Shown piece after piece: positions 46,966-56,164 of a stretch of 64,000 nucleotides of DNA. The stretch is from the NCBI GenBank assembly GCA_963802375.1, contig CAWDIJ010000005.1, positions 280,787 to 344,786 on the forward strand, read 5' to 3'. Numbering within the stretch: the stretch's first letter is position 1; the number at the start of each line of letters is the position of its first letter. Both the position numbers and the translations under genes were made by a program. The notes beneath the pieces were generated by a model. That model saw only the letters and a list, made by a program, of their open reading frames with translations, was not told where the DNA came from and ran no database searches. The stretch is from an uncultured Actinomycetes bacterium. Its GTDB lineage: Bacteria; Actinomycetota; Thermoleophilia; Gaiellales; Gaiellaceae.

Positions 46966-49491
46966 GTGACCATGTCTAACTTGGAGCCGCTCGGCGCCGG
47001 CCGCATCGAGTCGCGCGACCTGGAGCAGGAGCTCCGGTCCAGCTTCCTCGACTACGCGATGAGCGTGATCGTCTCGCGCGCACTGCCGGACGTGCGGGAC
47101 GGGCTCAAGCCGGTGCACCGGCGCGTCCTCTACGGGATGCACGAAGCCGGCATGCAGCCGAACCGGCCCTTCAAGAAGTCCGCGCGCATCGTTGGTGACG
47201 TGATGGGCTCGTATCACCCGCACGGCGACTCCGCGATCTACGACACGCTCGTGAGGCTCGCGCAGCCGTTCTCGATGCGCTACCCGCTCGTCGACGGCCA
47301 GGGCAACTTCGGAAACATCGACGACTATCCGGCGGCGGCGATGCGCTACACCGAGTCACGCCTCGCCCGGATCGCGACCGAGCTGCTTCGGGACATCGAC
47401 GCCGACACCGTCGACTTCCAGCCGAACTACGACGAGTCCCGCCGCGAGCCGTCCGTGCTCCCTGCGCGCTTCCCGAACCTGCTCGTCAACGGGTCCGCCG
47501 GCATCGCGGTCGGCATGGCGACGAACATCGCTCCGCACAACCTCGGCGAGGTGACCGACGCCGTCGTCGCGCTCATCGACGAGCCCGACATCGACGTCGA
47601 CCGTCTGACGCGGCACATCAAGGGGCCCGACTTCCCGACCGGCGCGATCATCCTGGGTCGGGAGGGCATCCGCGAGGCCTATCGCTCCGGCCGCGGCCGG
47701 ATCATCATGCGCGCGCGGGCGCACATCGAGGAGCTGCGCGGCGGCAAGTCCGCGATCATCGTCACCGAGCTGCCCTACGGCGTGAAGAAGGGCGGCGACG
47801 CCGGCGTGATCAAGAAGATCGCCGACCTCGTCAACGACAAGGTGCTGACGGAGGTCTCGGACCTCGCCGACCATTCGGACCGGACGGGGATGCGGATCCA
47901 GATCGAGCTCAAGCGCGACGCGATTCCGCAGGTCGCGCTGAACAAGCTCTACAAGCACACGCCGCTGCAGTCGACCTTCGGCTTCAATGCGGTGGCGCTG
48001 GTCGACGGTGTCCCGCGGACGCTGTCCCTCCGGGACATGCTCCAGCACTACCTCGACTTCCAGCGTCAGGTCATCACCCGCCGGTCGAAGTTCGAGCTCC
48101 GCAAGGCAGAGGCGCGGGCACATGTCCTCCAGGGCTACCTGGTCGCGCTCGACAACCTCGATGCTGTGATCGCGCTGATCCGCGCCTCGGCGGACCCTGA
48201 CGAGGCGCGCGAGGGGCTCCAGCGCGAGTTCGAGCTGTCGGAGATCCAGGCGCAGGCGATCCTCGACCTCCGGCTCCAGCGGCTGACCGGGCTCGAGCGC
48301 AAACGGATCGAGGACGAGTTCGCCGATCTCCAGGAGCGCATCGCGGAGCTGCGCTCGATCCTCGGCGACGAGGCCCGCGTGGATGCGCTCATCCGCGAGG
48401 AGCTGCTCGAGATCAAGTCGATCTACGCCAAGAACGATGACCGCCGGACGGAGATCGTCGCCGCCGAGGAGGAGCTCGAGCTCGAAGACCTGATCGCCGA
48501 GGAGGACATGGTCATCGCGATCACACGCTCCGGGTACATCAAACGGCTGCCTGTCTCGACCTATCGGGAGCAGCGCCGGGGCGGCATCGGCGTCATGGGC
48601 ATGGAGCTCAAGGACGACGACTTCATCCAGCACTTGTTCGTCGCATCGACGCACGACTACCTGCTCTTTTTCACCTCGGTCGGAAAGGTCTACCGGCTCA
48701 AGGTGCACGAGCTGCCGCTCGGCAGCAGGCAGTCAAAGGGCCGCGCGATCCCGAACTTCCTGCCGTACACGCAGAGCGAGACCACGCGCGCCGTGATTGC
48801 GACGCGGGATTTCAAGGAGGCGAAGTACCTCACGCTCGCGACGAAGAACGGCATCGTGAAGAAGAGCAAGTTCGAAGACTTCAACACGCCGCTGAAGGCG
48901 GACGGGATCATCGCGATCAACCTCCGCGACGACGACGAGCTGGTCGGCGTCGTCCACACCGACGGCGACGACGACATCCTCATGGTCTCGCGCAAGGGTC
49001 AGGCGATCCGCTTCCACGAGAAGGAGACGCGTCCGATGGGGCGGGCGACCGGCGGTGTCCGTGGCATGAACCTTCGCAAGGGCGACGCGGTCATCGAGAT
49101 CGCCCGGGCCGAGAACCTCTCCGATCTCCTCGTCGTGACCGAGAACGGCTACGGCAAGCGGACCCGGGTGGACGAGTATCCGGTCAAGGGCCGCGGCGGG
49201 CTTGGCGTGAGGACCGTCCAGCTGACGGAGGCGAAGGGCCAGCTCGCCGGCGCGCGCGTCGTGCGCGACGGCTACCAGGTGATGCTGATCTCGACCGGCG
49301 GGACAGTGATCAAGATGCCGGTGGAGGACGTCAAGCGGCTTGGCCGTTCGACGCAGGGCGTGATCGTGATGCGGCTGCGTGAGGGAGAGCAGGTCTCTGC
49401 GCTGGCACCCGTTGTCGAGTCCGAGACGCCCGAAGAGTCCGTGGTGCTGGAAGTGTCCGAGACACCGGCCGCCGAGCCTGTTCCGGAGTAG
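46966..49491 (+). CDS. gyrA: DNA gyrase subunit A
   Basis: [23 protein letters not shown] (catalytic Tyr), and a C-terminal beta-pinwheel with the GyrA box QRRGGIG. GTG 46966 or ATG 46972. Confidence 0.95.
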   Translation: MTMSNLEPLGAGRIESRDLEQELRSSFLDYAMSVIVSRALPDVRDGLKPVHRRVLYGMHEAGMQPNRPFKKSARIVGDVMGSYHPHGDSAIYDTLVRLAQPFSMRYPLVDGQGNFGNIDDYPAAAMRYTESRLARIATELLRDIDADTVDFQPNYDESRREPSVLPARFPNLLVNGSAGIAVGMATNIAPHNLGEVTDAVVALIDEPDIDVDRLTRHIKGPDFPTGAIILGREGIREAYRSGRGRIIMRARAHIEELRGGKSAIIVTELPYGVKKGGDAGVIKKIADLVNDKVLTEVSDLADHSDRTGMRIQIELKRDAIPQVALNKLYKHTPLQSTFGFNAVALVDGVPRTLSLRDMLQHYLDFQRQVITRRSKFELRKAEARAHVLQGYLVALDNLDAVIALIRASADPDEAREGLQREFELSEIQAQAILDLRLQRLTGLERKRIEDEFADLQERIAELRSILGDEARVDALIREELLEIKSIYAKNDDRRTEIVAAEEELELEDLIAEEDMVIAITRSGYIKRLPVSTYREQRRGGIGVMGMELKDDDFIQHLFVASTHDYLLFFTSVGKVYRLKVHELPLGSRQSKGRAIPNFLPYTQSETTRAVIATRDFKEAKYLTLATKNGIVKKSKFEDFNTPLKADGIIAINLRDDDELVGVVHTDGDDDILMVSRKGQAIRFHEKETRPMGRATGGVRGMNLRKGDAVIEIARAENLSDLLVVTENGYGKRTRVDEYPVKGRGGLGVRTVQLTEAKGQLAGARVVRDGYQVMLISTGGTVIKMPVEDVKRLGRSTQGVIVMRLREGEQVSALAPVVESETPEESVVLEVSETPAAEPVPE

Positions 49492-49552
49492 TTTTCCGGG
49501 TCGCGAGGGTTTTCGCCTCGCATTGCGCAGCTTTCCCTAGGCAAGCACGACC

Positions 49553-49584
49553 TTGCGCGTTACATTGATTGGGCGATCTATTAA
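49553..49584 (+). promoter_or_regulatory. promoter candidate with 20-bp spacer (TTGCGC-N20-TATTAA)
   Basis: Unusually AT-rich patch upstream of the MerR-like gene. The over-long spacer is the geometry MerR-type regulators act on. Motif-level only. Confidence 0.25.
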
Positions 49585-49605
49585 CGAATCGAACGAGGGT
49601 GTCGT

Positions 49606-49920
49606 ATGTCTCCAAGCACACAAGCTGACCTGCTCGAGCCAATCGACCTGGCCGAGCACCTGGGGAAGGTCGAGCTCTATCTCGGGCAGGTCTGCCAGAT
49701 CGCAGGCATCTCGAAGATGCAGCTCGACTACTGGACGAACAAGGCCCAGATTCCGACAAAAGGCCGCAAGCAGCGGATCTACGACATGGACGCCGTCGAG
49801 ACCGTGATGCTGATCAAGCAGGCCAAGGACAAGGGTCTCAACCTCGGAGCTGCGATCGAAGCGGCGCGCCGTTTTCGCGAGCGGCAGCAGCCCGAGGCCG
49901 CGGTCAGCTCGTCGCCCTGA
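49606..49920 (+). CDS. small MerR-family HTH transcriptional regulator
   Basis: LYLGQVCQIAGISKMQLDYWTNKAQIP...RIYDMDAVETVMLIKQAKDKGL matches the MerR N-terminal HTH. GAGGG lies 6 nt upstream of the ATG. Confidence 0.7.
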   Translation: MSPSTQADLLEPIDLAEHLGKVELYLGQVCQIAGISKMQLDYWTNKAQIPTKGRKQRIYDMDAVETVMLIKQAKDKGLNLGAAIEAARRFRERQQPEAAVSSSP

Positions 49921-50713
49921 GCCTCTCGGCCGCCTGCTCGGGCGGCACGGCATTAACATAGAGCCCAGCGCCGAGCTCGACTCCTGCGAGCGCGGTGAGG
50001 CGTGGGACGAAGTGCACGTGCTTCGGATCCGTGGCGTGGAGCCAAGCGTTCCACGCAAACGGCCCCTCGGCGTTGCGCACGCGGCCGGCGAGGTCCTGTA
50101 GCGCATCGAGCAGGTCGACCAGCGCTCCCCCCAGGATGAGGCTTTCGTACGGCGAGGCGCCTACGGGGTGGACGACGGCGATCGTGTCGTTGCGCTCGAT
50201 CACGCGCAAGTTGTCGTGCCGGAGCAGGTCGTCGAGCGCTCCGCGGTCTTCCGCGACCACCGGCGGAGGCACTTCATCCAGCACGACCAGTTGGGAGTGG
50301 CTGTGGGGGAGGCTCGAGCCAGCGAGCCGACCTTCGTTGATCAAGGCATGGACGTAGCCAAAGCCTTCGGCAGTCGCTGCGTCAATGCGGTGCTGCCAGC
50401 CTTCGGCGATCGATTCGATCTGGCCTTCACCGAGATCCGCGAAGGCGCGGACGTGGTCGGGCGCATGGATGACGACCTCCTGGCGCTCGAACGCCGGGTA
50501 GAGGTTCGGGACGACCCGGACCCGCCAGGGATCCCCGATGCGGAGGGTCTCGGGCGGCGTGCGATCCTCGCGGCCGGCGCAGAAGGGACAACGCTCGAGC
50601 TCCTCGGGCGTCGCCTCCCCCGGCGGCGGCAGCCAGGCTCCTGGCCGTCCCGCGCGGCCCGGCGCGAAGACGACGCGGCGACCCGTCAGGGGGTCTTCGC
50701 GGATCTCCCTCAG
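49904..50713 (-). CDS. galactose-1-phosphate uridylyltransferase-like HIT-superfamily protein
   Basis: [20 protein letters not shown]...CPFCAGRE...VVPNLYPA...[17 protein letters not shown] (HxHxQ). The N-terminal half has no ATG/GTG/TTG, and the frame begins at CTG 50713 inside a CTGA overlap with the stomatin stop. The track ORF (TTG 50344) holds only the C-terminal half. Confidence 0.7.
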   Translation of the reverse strand: MREIREDPLTGRRVVFAPGRAGRPGAWLPPPGEATPEELERCPFCAGREDRTPPETLRIGDPWRVRVVPNLYPAFERQEVVIHAPDHVRAFADLGEGQIESIAEGWQHRIDAATAEGFGYVHALINEGRLAGSSLPHSHSQLVVLDEVPPPVVAEDRGALDDLLRHDNLRVIERNDTIAVVHPVGASPYESLILGGALVDLLDALQDLAGRVRNAEGPFAWNAWLHATDPKHVHFVPRLTALAGVELGAGLYVNAVPPEQAAERLRATS

Positions 50714-51480
50714 GAGGGGGGCGTCTTGCGGCCGGCTTCCAGGAACGGGCTGAAGAGCTCGATGGGCAACGGAAGGATGATTGTCGAGGACCGTTCCGAG
50801 CTGATCTCGAGCATCGTCTGCAGGAAGCGGAGCTGAAGCGACATTGGATTTTCGGCCAGGACGAGCGCGGCATTCTTCAGCTGCTCCGAGGCCTGGAACT
50901 CGCCCTCGGCCGCGATGACCTTCGCGCGCCGCTCACGCTCGGCCTCAGCCTGCCGCGCCATGGCACGCTGCATCCCGCCTGGGATCTCGACGTCCTTGAC
51001 CTCGACGATCGAGACCTTGACGCCCCACGGCGAGGTCGCCTCGTCGATGATCCGCTGCAGGATCTCGTTGATCTTGTCCCGCTCGGACAGGAGCTCGTCG
51101 AGCTGGTGCTGGCCGAGGACGCTCCGGAGCGTGGTCTGGGCGATCTGGGAGGTTGCGACCATGAAGTTCTCGACTTGCACGATCGCTCTCTCGGGATCGA
51201 TGATCCGGAAGTAGGCGACGGCGTTCACGCGGACGGGAACGTTGTCCTTCGTGATCACCTCCTGCGGCGGGACGTTCAGCGTCACCGTCCGCAGGTCGAC
51301 GCGGACCATCTTGTCGATGATCGGGATCAGCAGGAAGAGGCCCGGGCCCTTCGGCGGAGACTTCAGGCGGCCGAGACGGAAGATCACGCCCCGCTCGTAC
51401 TCCCGCGCCACCCGGATCGCCGCCGAGAGCAGCAGGATCAGCAGGACGGCGACAACCGCAAGGACGATCAGCGCAGCCAC
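50710..51480 (-). CDS. SPFH/band-7 (stomatin-like) protein
   Basis: N-terminal TM segment, [40 protein letters not shown] start. Confidence 0.9.
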   Translation of the reverse strand: MAALIVLAVVAVLLILLLSAAIRVAREYERGVIFRLGRLKSPPKGPGLFLLIPIIDKMVRVDLRTVTLNVPPQEVITKDNVPVRVNAVAYFRIIDPERAIVQVENFMVATSQIAQTTLRSVLGQHQLDELLSERDKINEILQRIIDEATSPWGVKVSIVEVKDVEIPGGMQRAMARQAEAERERRAKVIAAEGEFQASEQLKNAALVLAENPMSLQLRFLQTMLEISSERSSTIILPLPIELFSPFLEAGRKTPPS

Positions 51481-51490
51481 GCCCAGATCT

Positions 51491-51658
51491 TAGTGCCCTA
51501 CTGGGCGCCACGGGCGGCCTCTGCACGGCTGCAAAGCGCCGCCAGACTGGAGCCTCCGACCGCGTCCATATTTCTCAATATGAACGCGGCCTGAGTCCGC
51601 AGCCTGGCGGGGCTTTTCGCGCGTCAGAGGCGCGCCCGCGACACCCAGCAGGGCACTA
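51491..51658 (-). repeat. 168-nt nfeD-stomatin spacer bracketed by a 15-nt inverted repeat (TAGTGCCCTACTGGG / CCCAGCAGGGCACTA)
   Basis: Arms at 51491-51505 and 51644-51658 with one mismatch. The right arm contains the nfeD stop codon, and the left arm ends 10 nt from the stomatin GTG. Confidence 0.8.
51544..51580 (-). repeat. diverged copy (S2) of the dispersed intergenic element inside the nfeD-stomatin spacer
   Basis: AGACTGGAGCCTCCGACCGCGTCCATATTTCTCAATA compared with GGTCTGGAGCCCCCGACTGCGGCCGAATTTCCCACCA (reverse complement of copy X). Confidence 0.45.
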
Positions 51659-52951
51659 TGCGGGGGCGACGGTGAGCGTGAGCGCGTCGTCGAGGCCCTC
51701 GACGCGCACCTGCTGTCCGGGGCGGATCGCCTCGCCGTCGGTTTTCGCGCGCCAGAGCTCGCCGTGGACGAAGACGAGGCCGACCGGATCGAGCGTCTGG
51801 CGGACGACGCCGACCTGGCCGATCAGCTCCTCCTGGCCCGTGACGACCTCGGCGCGCCGCACCTGGACGAGCTTCGTGACGACAAGCGCGACCATCAGCG
51901 CCATCGCGGTGGCGACGCCGAGCGCGACCTGCAGCGAGACCTGGTAGCTCTCGCCGGCAGGGTCGAAAAGCATGAGCGAGCCGATCACGAAGGCGACGGC
52001 ACCGGCCAGCGCGAGCGCGCCGTGGCTCATGACGAACATCTCGGCCACGAAGAACCCGGCGGCGAGGAGTAAGAGCAGCACCCCCGCCCAGCTGACGGGA
52101 AGGACTTGCAGGCCGAAGAGGCCGATGATCAGCGAGATCGCGCCAACCGTCCCAGGGAGGATCAGGCCGGGGCTCCAGAGCTCGATCGTGATTCCGAGCA
52201 CCCCGATCGACATGAGGATGACGATCAGGTTCGGGTCGATCAGCGTGTCGAGGATCTGCTTCCAGAACGACATCTCGACCTCGTCCACCTTGGCGCCGGC
52301 GGTCTCGAGCATGATCATCTTCGGCACGGTCTCCGTGCCGTCGACCTGGTTCAGGAGCGTCGGTAGGTCGGGGGCGATCACGTCGATCACGTTCATCTGG
52401 AGCGCCTCGCGCGCGCTGAGGTTTGCGCCTCGGCGAACCGCCGCATCGACCCACTTCACGTTCCGTCCATGCTCGCGGGCGAGCGCGCGCAGCGAGGCAG
52501 CCGCGTCGTTCACGACCTTGTTGCGGAGATCCTCCTGGATGTCCTCGCCGCCGACGCTGACCGGTGTCGAGGAGCCGATGTTGGTCTGCGGCGCCATGGC
52601 GAGGAGATCGGCAGCTTGGCTGATCCAGACTCCCGCGGAAGCTGCCCGCGCGCCTTCAGGCGAGACGTAGACGATCACCGGGACCTTCGATGCGAGCTCG
52701 GCCTCGTAGATGTCTTTCATCGAGCTGGCCAGCCCGCCGGGCGTGTCGAGGAGGATGACGATCGCGTTGTAGTTCTCCTCGTTCGCGCGCTCGATCTGGT
52801 CGATGACGTAGTCGGCCGTGACCGGATTGACGTCGTTGTCGAACTCGACCGCCAGGACTCGAGGCTGGGAGGGCGCTGCGAAGGCGGCCGCAGGAACCAG
52901 CATCGCCACCGCCAATGCGGTCAAAACTCCCCGCAGAAAGCGGCTTTTCAC
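51656..52951 (-). CDS. NfeD-family membrane-bound ClpP-class serine protease
   Basis: Signal peptide, ILLDTPGGL, SAGVWI, TM block and a C-terminal OB-fold (VVRQTLDPVGLVFVHGELWRA). Classic pairing with a downstream stomatin gene. Confidence 0.85.
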   Translation of the reverse strand: MKSRFLRGVLTALAVAMLVPAAAFAAPSQPRVLAVEFDNDVNPVTADYVIDQIERANEENYNAIVILLDTPGGLASSMKDIYEAELASKVPVIVYVSPEGARAASAGVWISQAADLLAMAPQTNIGSSTPVSVGGEDIQEDLRNKVVNDAAASLRALAREHGRNVKWVDAAVRRGANLSAREALQMNVIDVIAPDLPTLLNQVDGTETVPKMIMLETAGAKVDEVEMSFWKQILDTLIDPNLIVILMSIGVLGITIELWSPGLILPGTVGAISLIIGLFGLQVLPVSWAGVLLLLLAAGFFVAEMFVMSHGALALAGAVAFVIGSLMLFDPAGESYQVSLQVALGVATAMALMVALVVTKLVQVRRAEVVTGQEELIGQVGVVRQTLDPVGLVFVHGELWRAKTDGEAIRPGQQVRVEGLDDALTLTVAPA

Positions 52952-53020
52952 GGTGTAAAGATGCTATCAAGAGCCCTTGTCAGCCCAGCACGGCACTGCC
53001 ACCCTGGCGTGGGGTCGTCT

Positions 53021-55081
53021 ATGAAGGTCTTTGCTGCCACTCTTCTCGTGCTTGCCTTTCCGGCCACGGCCTGGGGCGAAGCGACCATCGCCACGCGCGA
53101 CATTCCGCTCTCCGGTCAGCGCACGCTGGCCTCGGCAACGGCTCCGGAGCGCTTCAACCTCGTCGGCCTCCACTGGAAGGGCTCGGGCCGGGTGGAGCTC
53201 CGCATACGCCGCGTGTCAGGCTGGAGCTCCTGGCGGGAGACCGAGGCCGACTCGGGAGACCTGCCCGACCTGGGAACCGACGAGTCGCGGCGGATGCGCG
53301 GCTGGCGGCTCGGCACGCCGCTGTGGACGGGCGAGGCACGGCGCCTCGAGATTCGCGTGCGAGGCCGCATCAGCCGCGTCCGTGCGCACTACGTCTGGAG
53401 CCCGGAGGAACCGATGGGGCGGTCGCTCCAGATGGCCGGTAGCCCTGCGATCATCACCCGTCGGGCCTGGGGCGCGAACGAGGCGATCCGGCGCGACAGC
53501 CCCGCGATCGCGAAGACGCTGACGACGGCCGTCGTTCATCACACCGCCGGCGGCGAGCCGTCGACGCCCGCCCAGTCGGCCGCCGTCGTGCGCGGGATCT
53601 ACCTGTACCACGTGCGCGGGAACGGCTGGGACGACGTCGGCTACAACTTTCTCGTCGACCGGTTCGGCCAGGTCTTCGAGGGCCGGTACGGCGGGATCGA
53701 GCGGAACGTGATCGGCGCGCACTCGCAGGGCTTCAACACCGGCTCCGTGGGTCTCTCGCTGATCGGGAACTACGAGCGAAAGTCCCCGACGCCGGCCGCG
53801 CGGTCGGCGATCGTGCGGCTGCTCGCGTGGCGGATGGACGTCGCCCACATCGACCCGCTGTCGAGTGCGCCGGTCGTCTCGAACGGCAATCCGAAGTACC
53901 GCAAAGGCGTGCCGCTTTTCCTCCGCGCCATCTCCGGCCATCGCGACACGGGCTTCACGACCTGCCCGGGCCGGCTCTATGGAGATCTCCGCGGGATCGC
54001 CTCGTCGGTCGCGGGGCTCGGCTTGCCCAAGCTCTACACGCCCGAGGTCGAGGGCGGCCTGGGGCAGTTCGTCAGCTTCTCCGGGCGGCTCACGACCGCA
54101 CTTCCGTGGACGGTGACGATCACCGACACGACCGGGAGGCAGGTGGCGCAGGGCTCAGGGTTCGGGACGAACGTGCGGTGGACCTGGGACGCCCGCTTTG
54201 CCACGCTGCCCGGCTACCGCTGGCGGATTGCGGCTGGGGCCGCCGTACGGCCCGCGGCGGGGACACTTGGGGTTGCTGCCCGGCCGGCGGTGATCGAGGC
54301 CATTGCAGCCGATCCCACGGGATTCACGCCGAACGGCGACGGAAAGACCGACACGACCGCGATCTCGTACGAGCTCGGCAGCCCGGCGACTGTCCGGATC
54401 GACCTCCAAACGGAGCAAGGCAGCCCTCTGGCGACGTTGCAGACGTCATCGAAGGCCGCCGGCCGCCACATCTTCGCCTGGAACGGGGCCGGCTACCCAG
54501 ACGGGCGCTACCGGATCGTCGTCGCGGCGCGAGTGGCCGCCCGCGAGGTGTCGGCGACGACGAACGTCGTCCTGAGCCGGACGCTCTCGGGCTTCGGGAT
54601 CCTGCCCACCGCGATCTCGCCGAACGGCGACGGCCGCGCGGACTCGTTGGCCGCGTCGTTCAGCCTCGGGACCCCGGCGCTTGCGAACCTGTCCATCCGC
54701 CGAGGCACGGCCGGCGTAGTCTCGGTCTTCGACTCGCTGCTGCCGATCGGGCTGCACACGATCACGTGGCCAGGCGGCGTGCGCGACGGCTTGTACTCGG
54801 TGGCGCTGACGGTCACCGACGCGACCGGCCCGGTCACGCAGCTCCTGCCGGTCCGCGTCGACCGCGTGGCGCCGAAGCTAAAGGTCGTCAACAAGCGGCC
54901 GCTTCGGGTCTCGCTCTCCGAGCCGGCGCGCGTGACCTTCACCGCCGACGGTGTCACGATGACCGTCCTCAGGCGCAAGGCGGGTGTGTTCACCGTCGTG
55001 CTCGGCCGTCCGTTCAAGCGGCTCGACGCCTTCGCCGAGGACGGCGCGGCGAACGTCGGACCGCGTCTGCGCCTCCGCTAA
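53021..55081 (+). CDS. secreted N-acetylmuramoyl-L-alanine amidase (amidase_2/PGRP domain) with C-terminal Ig-like (FlgD-Ig-type) repeats
   Basis: ATG 53021 with signal peptide MKVFAATLLVLAFPATAWG. VVHHTAG, GWDDVGYNFLVD, GAHSQGFN, GHRD. Repeated PNGDG(K/R)xD modules. Confidence 0.8.
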   Translation: MKVFAATLLVLAFPATAWGEATIATRDIPLSGQRTLASATAPERFNLVGLHWKGSGRVELRIRRVSGWSSWRETEADSGDLPDLGTDESRRMRGWRLGTPLWTGEARRLEIRVRGRISRVRAHYVWSPEEPMGRSLQMAGSPAIITRRAWGANEAIRRDSPAIAKTLTTAVVHHTAGGEPSTPAQSAAVVRGIYLYHVRGNGWDDVGYNFLVDRFGQVFEGRYGGIERNVIGAHSQGFNTGSVGLSLIGNYERKSPTPAARSAIVRLLAWRMDVAHIDPLSSAPVVSNGNPKYRKGVPLFLRAISGHRDTGFTTCPGRLYGDLRGIASSVAGLGLPKLYTPEVEGGLGQFVSFSGRLTTALPWTVTITDTTGRQVAQGSGFGTNVRWTWDARFATLPGYRWRIAAGAAVRPAAGTLGVAARPAVIEAIAADPTGFTPNGDGKTDTTAISYELGSPATVRIDLQTEQGSPLATLQTSSKAAGRHIFAWNGAGYPDGRYRIVVAARVAAREVSATTNVVLSRTLSGFGILPTAISPNGDGRADSLAASFSLGTPALANLSIRRGTAGVVSVFDSLLPIGLHTITWPGGVRDGLYSVALTVTDATGPVTQLLPVRVDRVAPKLKVVNKRPLRVSLSEPARVTFTADGVTMTVLRRKAGVFTVVLGRPFKRLDAFAEDGAANVGPRLRLR

Positions 55082-55082
55082 A

Positions 55083-55129
55083 GGTCTGGAGCGCCCCCGG
55101 CGGCGGCCGAATTTCCCACCAGCCCTCTA
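55083..55129 (-). repeat. copy Y of the dispersed intergenic element, starting at the birA stop codon
   Basis: Plus-strand text GGTCTGGAGCGCCCCCGGCGGCGGCCGAATTTCCCACCAGCCCTCTA. The final CTA (55127-55129) is the birA TAG. Confidence 0.8.
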
Positions 55130-55732
55130 GCCGGCGACCCAGGCGTCGTACTCCCGCTCGAGCTCGAGCAAGATCTCCGCGAGTAGCTCCGCCCTGTCGA
55201 CTTCCTTCCCGAGCTCTGCGAGGAGAGACGTGGGCTCGCGCTCCAGATCCGGCGGGAGGTCCCGAGCGGCCATGTTGACGTTGATCCCCATGCCGAGCAC
55301 GACGCGGTCCTCGCGGGCCTCGGCGAGGATCCCGGCCAGCTTTCGGCCGCCGACGAGCAGGTCGTTCGGCAACTTGATCTCGGGCATGAGGCCGGTCGCC
55401 CGGCGAATCCCTTCCGCCGCTGCGACTCCGACGACGATGGTCAGGCCGGGGAGGCGTGACTGCTCGACGTCGGGTCGCAGGTTGACGGAGAAGAGCAGGC
55501 TGGTGCCTGGTTCCGCAAACCACGTGCGGCCGAGCCGTCCGCGTCCGGAAGCCTGCTCGTCGGAGGCGACCACGGCGCCCTCGGGCGCATCGGCCGGCAG
55601 CTCCTGCTGTGTCGACTCACAACGCTCGAGGTAGCGGTAGGGACGGCCGAAATGCCCCTTCAGCAGCGGCTCGACGCGATCCGGGAGCAGGGAATCCCGG
55701 GGCGTTCGCGCATAACTAGACTCATTCCGCAC
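55127..55732 (-). CDS. birA: biotin--protein ligase catalytic domain protein (short BirA)
   Basis: ESTQ, SGRGRLGRTW (GRGRxGRxW), KLPNDLLVGGRKLAGIL. GTG 55732. Only about 201 aa; ends at ...EREYDAWVAG with no C-terminal SH3-like domain. Confidence 0.75.
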   Translation of the reverse strand: MRNESSYARTPRDSLLPDRVEPLLKGHFGRPYRYLERCESTQQELPADAPEGAVVASDEQASGRGRLGRTWFAEPGTSLLFSVNLRPDVEQSRLPGLTIVVGVAAAEGIRRATGLMPEIKLPNDLLVGGRKLAGILAEAREDRVVLGMGINVNMAARDLPPDLEREPTSLLAELGKEVDRAELLAEILLELEREYDAWVAG

Positions 55733-56164
55733 GTGTCCTCCCTGACTCGCGAAGAGATCGAGGCGATCCTGCCTCACCGTGACCCCTTCCTGCTTCTCGA
55801 CGAGGTCGTCGACCTCCAGCCGGGCGAGAAGGTCGTGGCCCGGAAACGTGTGCGGCCGGACGAGTGGTACCTGTCCGGCCACTTTCCCGGCCGGCCGATC
55901 ATGCCCGGCGTCCTGATCGTCGAGGCGATGGCCCAAGCAGGCGCGGTTGCGGTGCTCTCCGAGGACCAGAATCGCGGCAAGCTCGCGCTCTTCGCCGGCA
56001 TCGACGGCGTCCGGTTCAAGCGGGTCGTGGAGCCGGGCGACGAGCTCGAGCTCACCTGCGAGCTGGAGCGCGTGCGCGGCCCGATCGGCCGCGGCAAGGC
56101 GACGGCGACGGTGGATGGCGCGCTCGCCGCCCGCGGAACGCTCACCTTCGCCGTCGAGCAATGA
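55733..56164 (+). CDS. fabZ: 3-hydroxyacyl-ACP dehydratase
   Basis: [14 protein letters not shown]...[22 protein letters not shown] 55733. Confidence 0.85.
   Translation: MSSLTREEIEAILPHRDPFLLLDEVVDLQPGEKVVARKRVRPDEWYLSGHFPGRPIMPGVLIVEAMAQAGAVAVLSEDQNRGKLALFAGIDGVRFKRVVEPGDELELTCELERVRGPIGRGKATATVDGALAARGTLTFAVEQ

Noticed and set aside
49503-49521. Hairpin GCGAGG-GTTTTCG-CCTCGC after gyrA as an intrinsic terminator.
   Set aside because: The stem is only 6 bp and there is no downstream T-run. It is kept as a possibility but is too weak to annotate.
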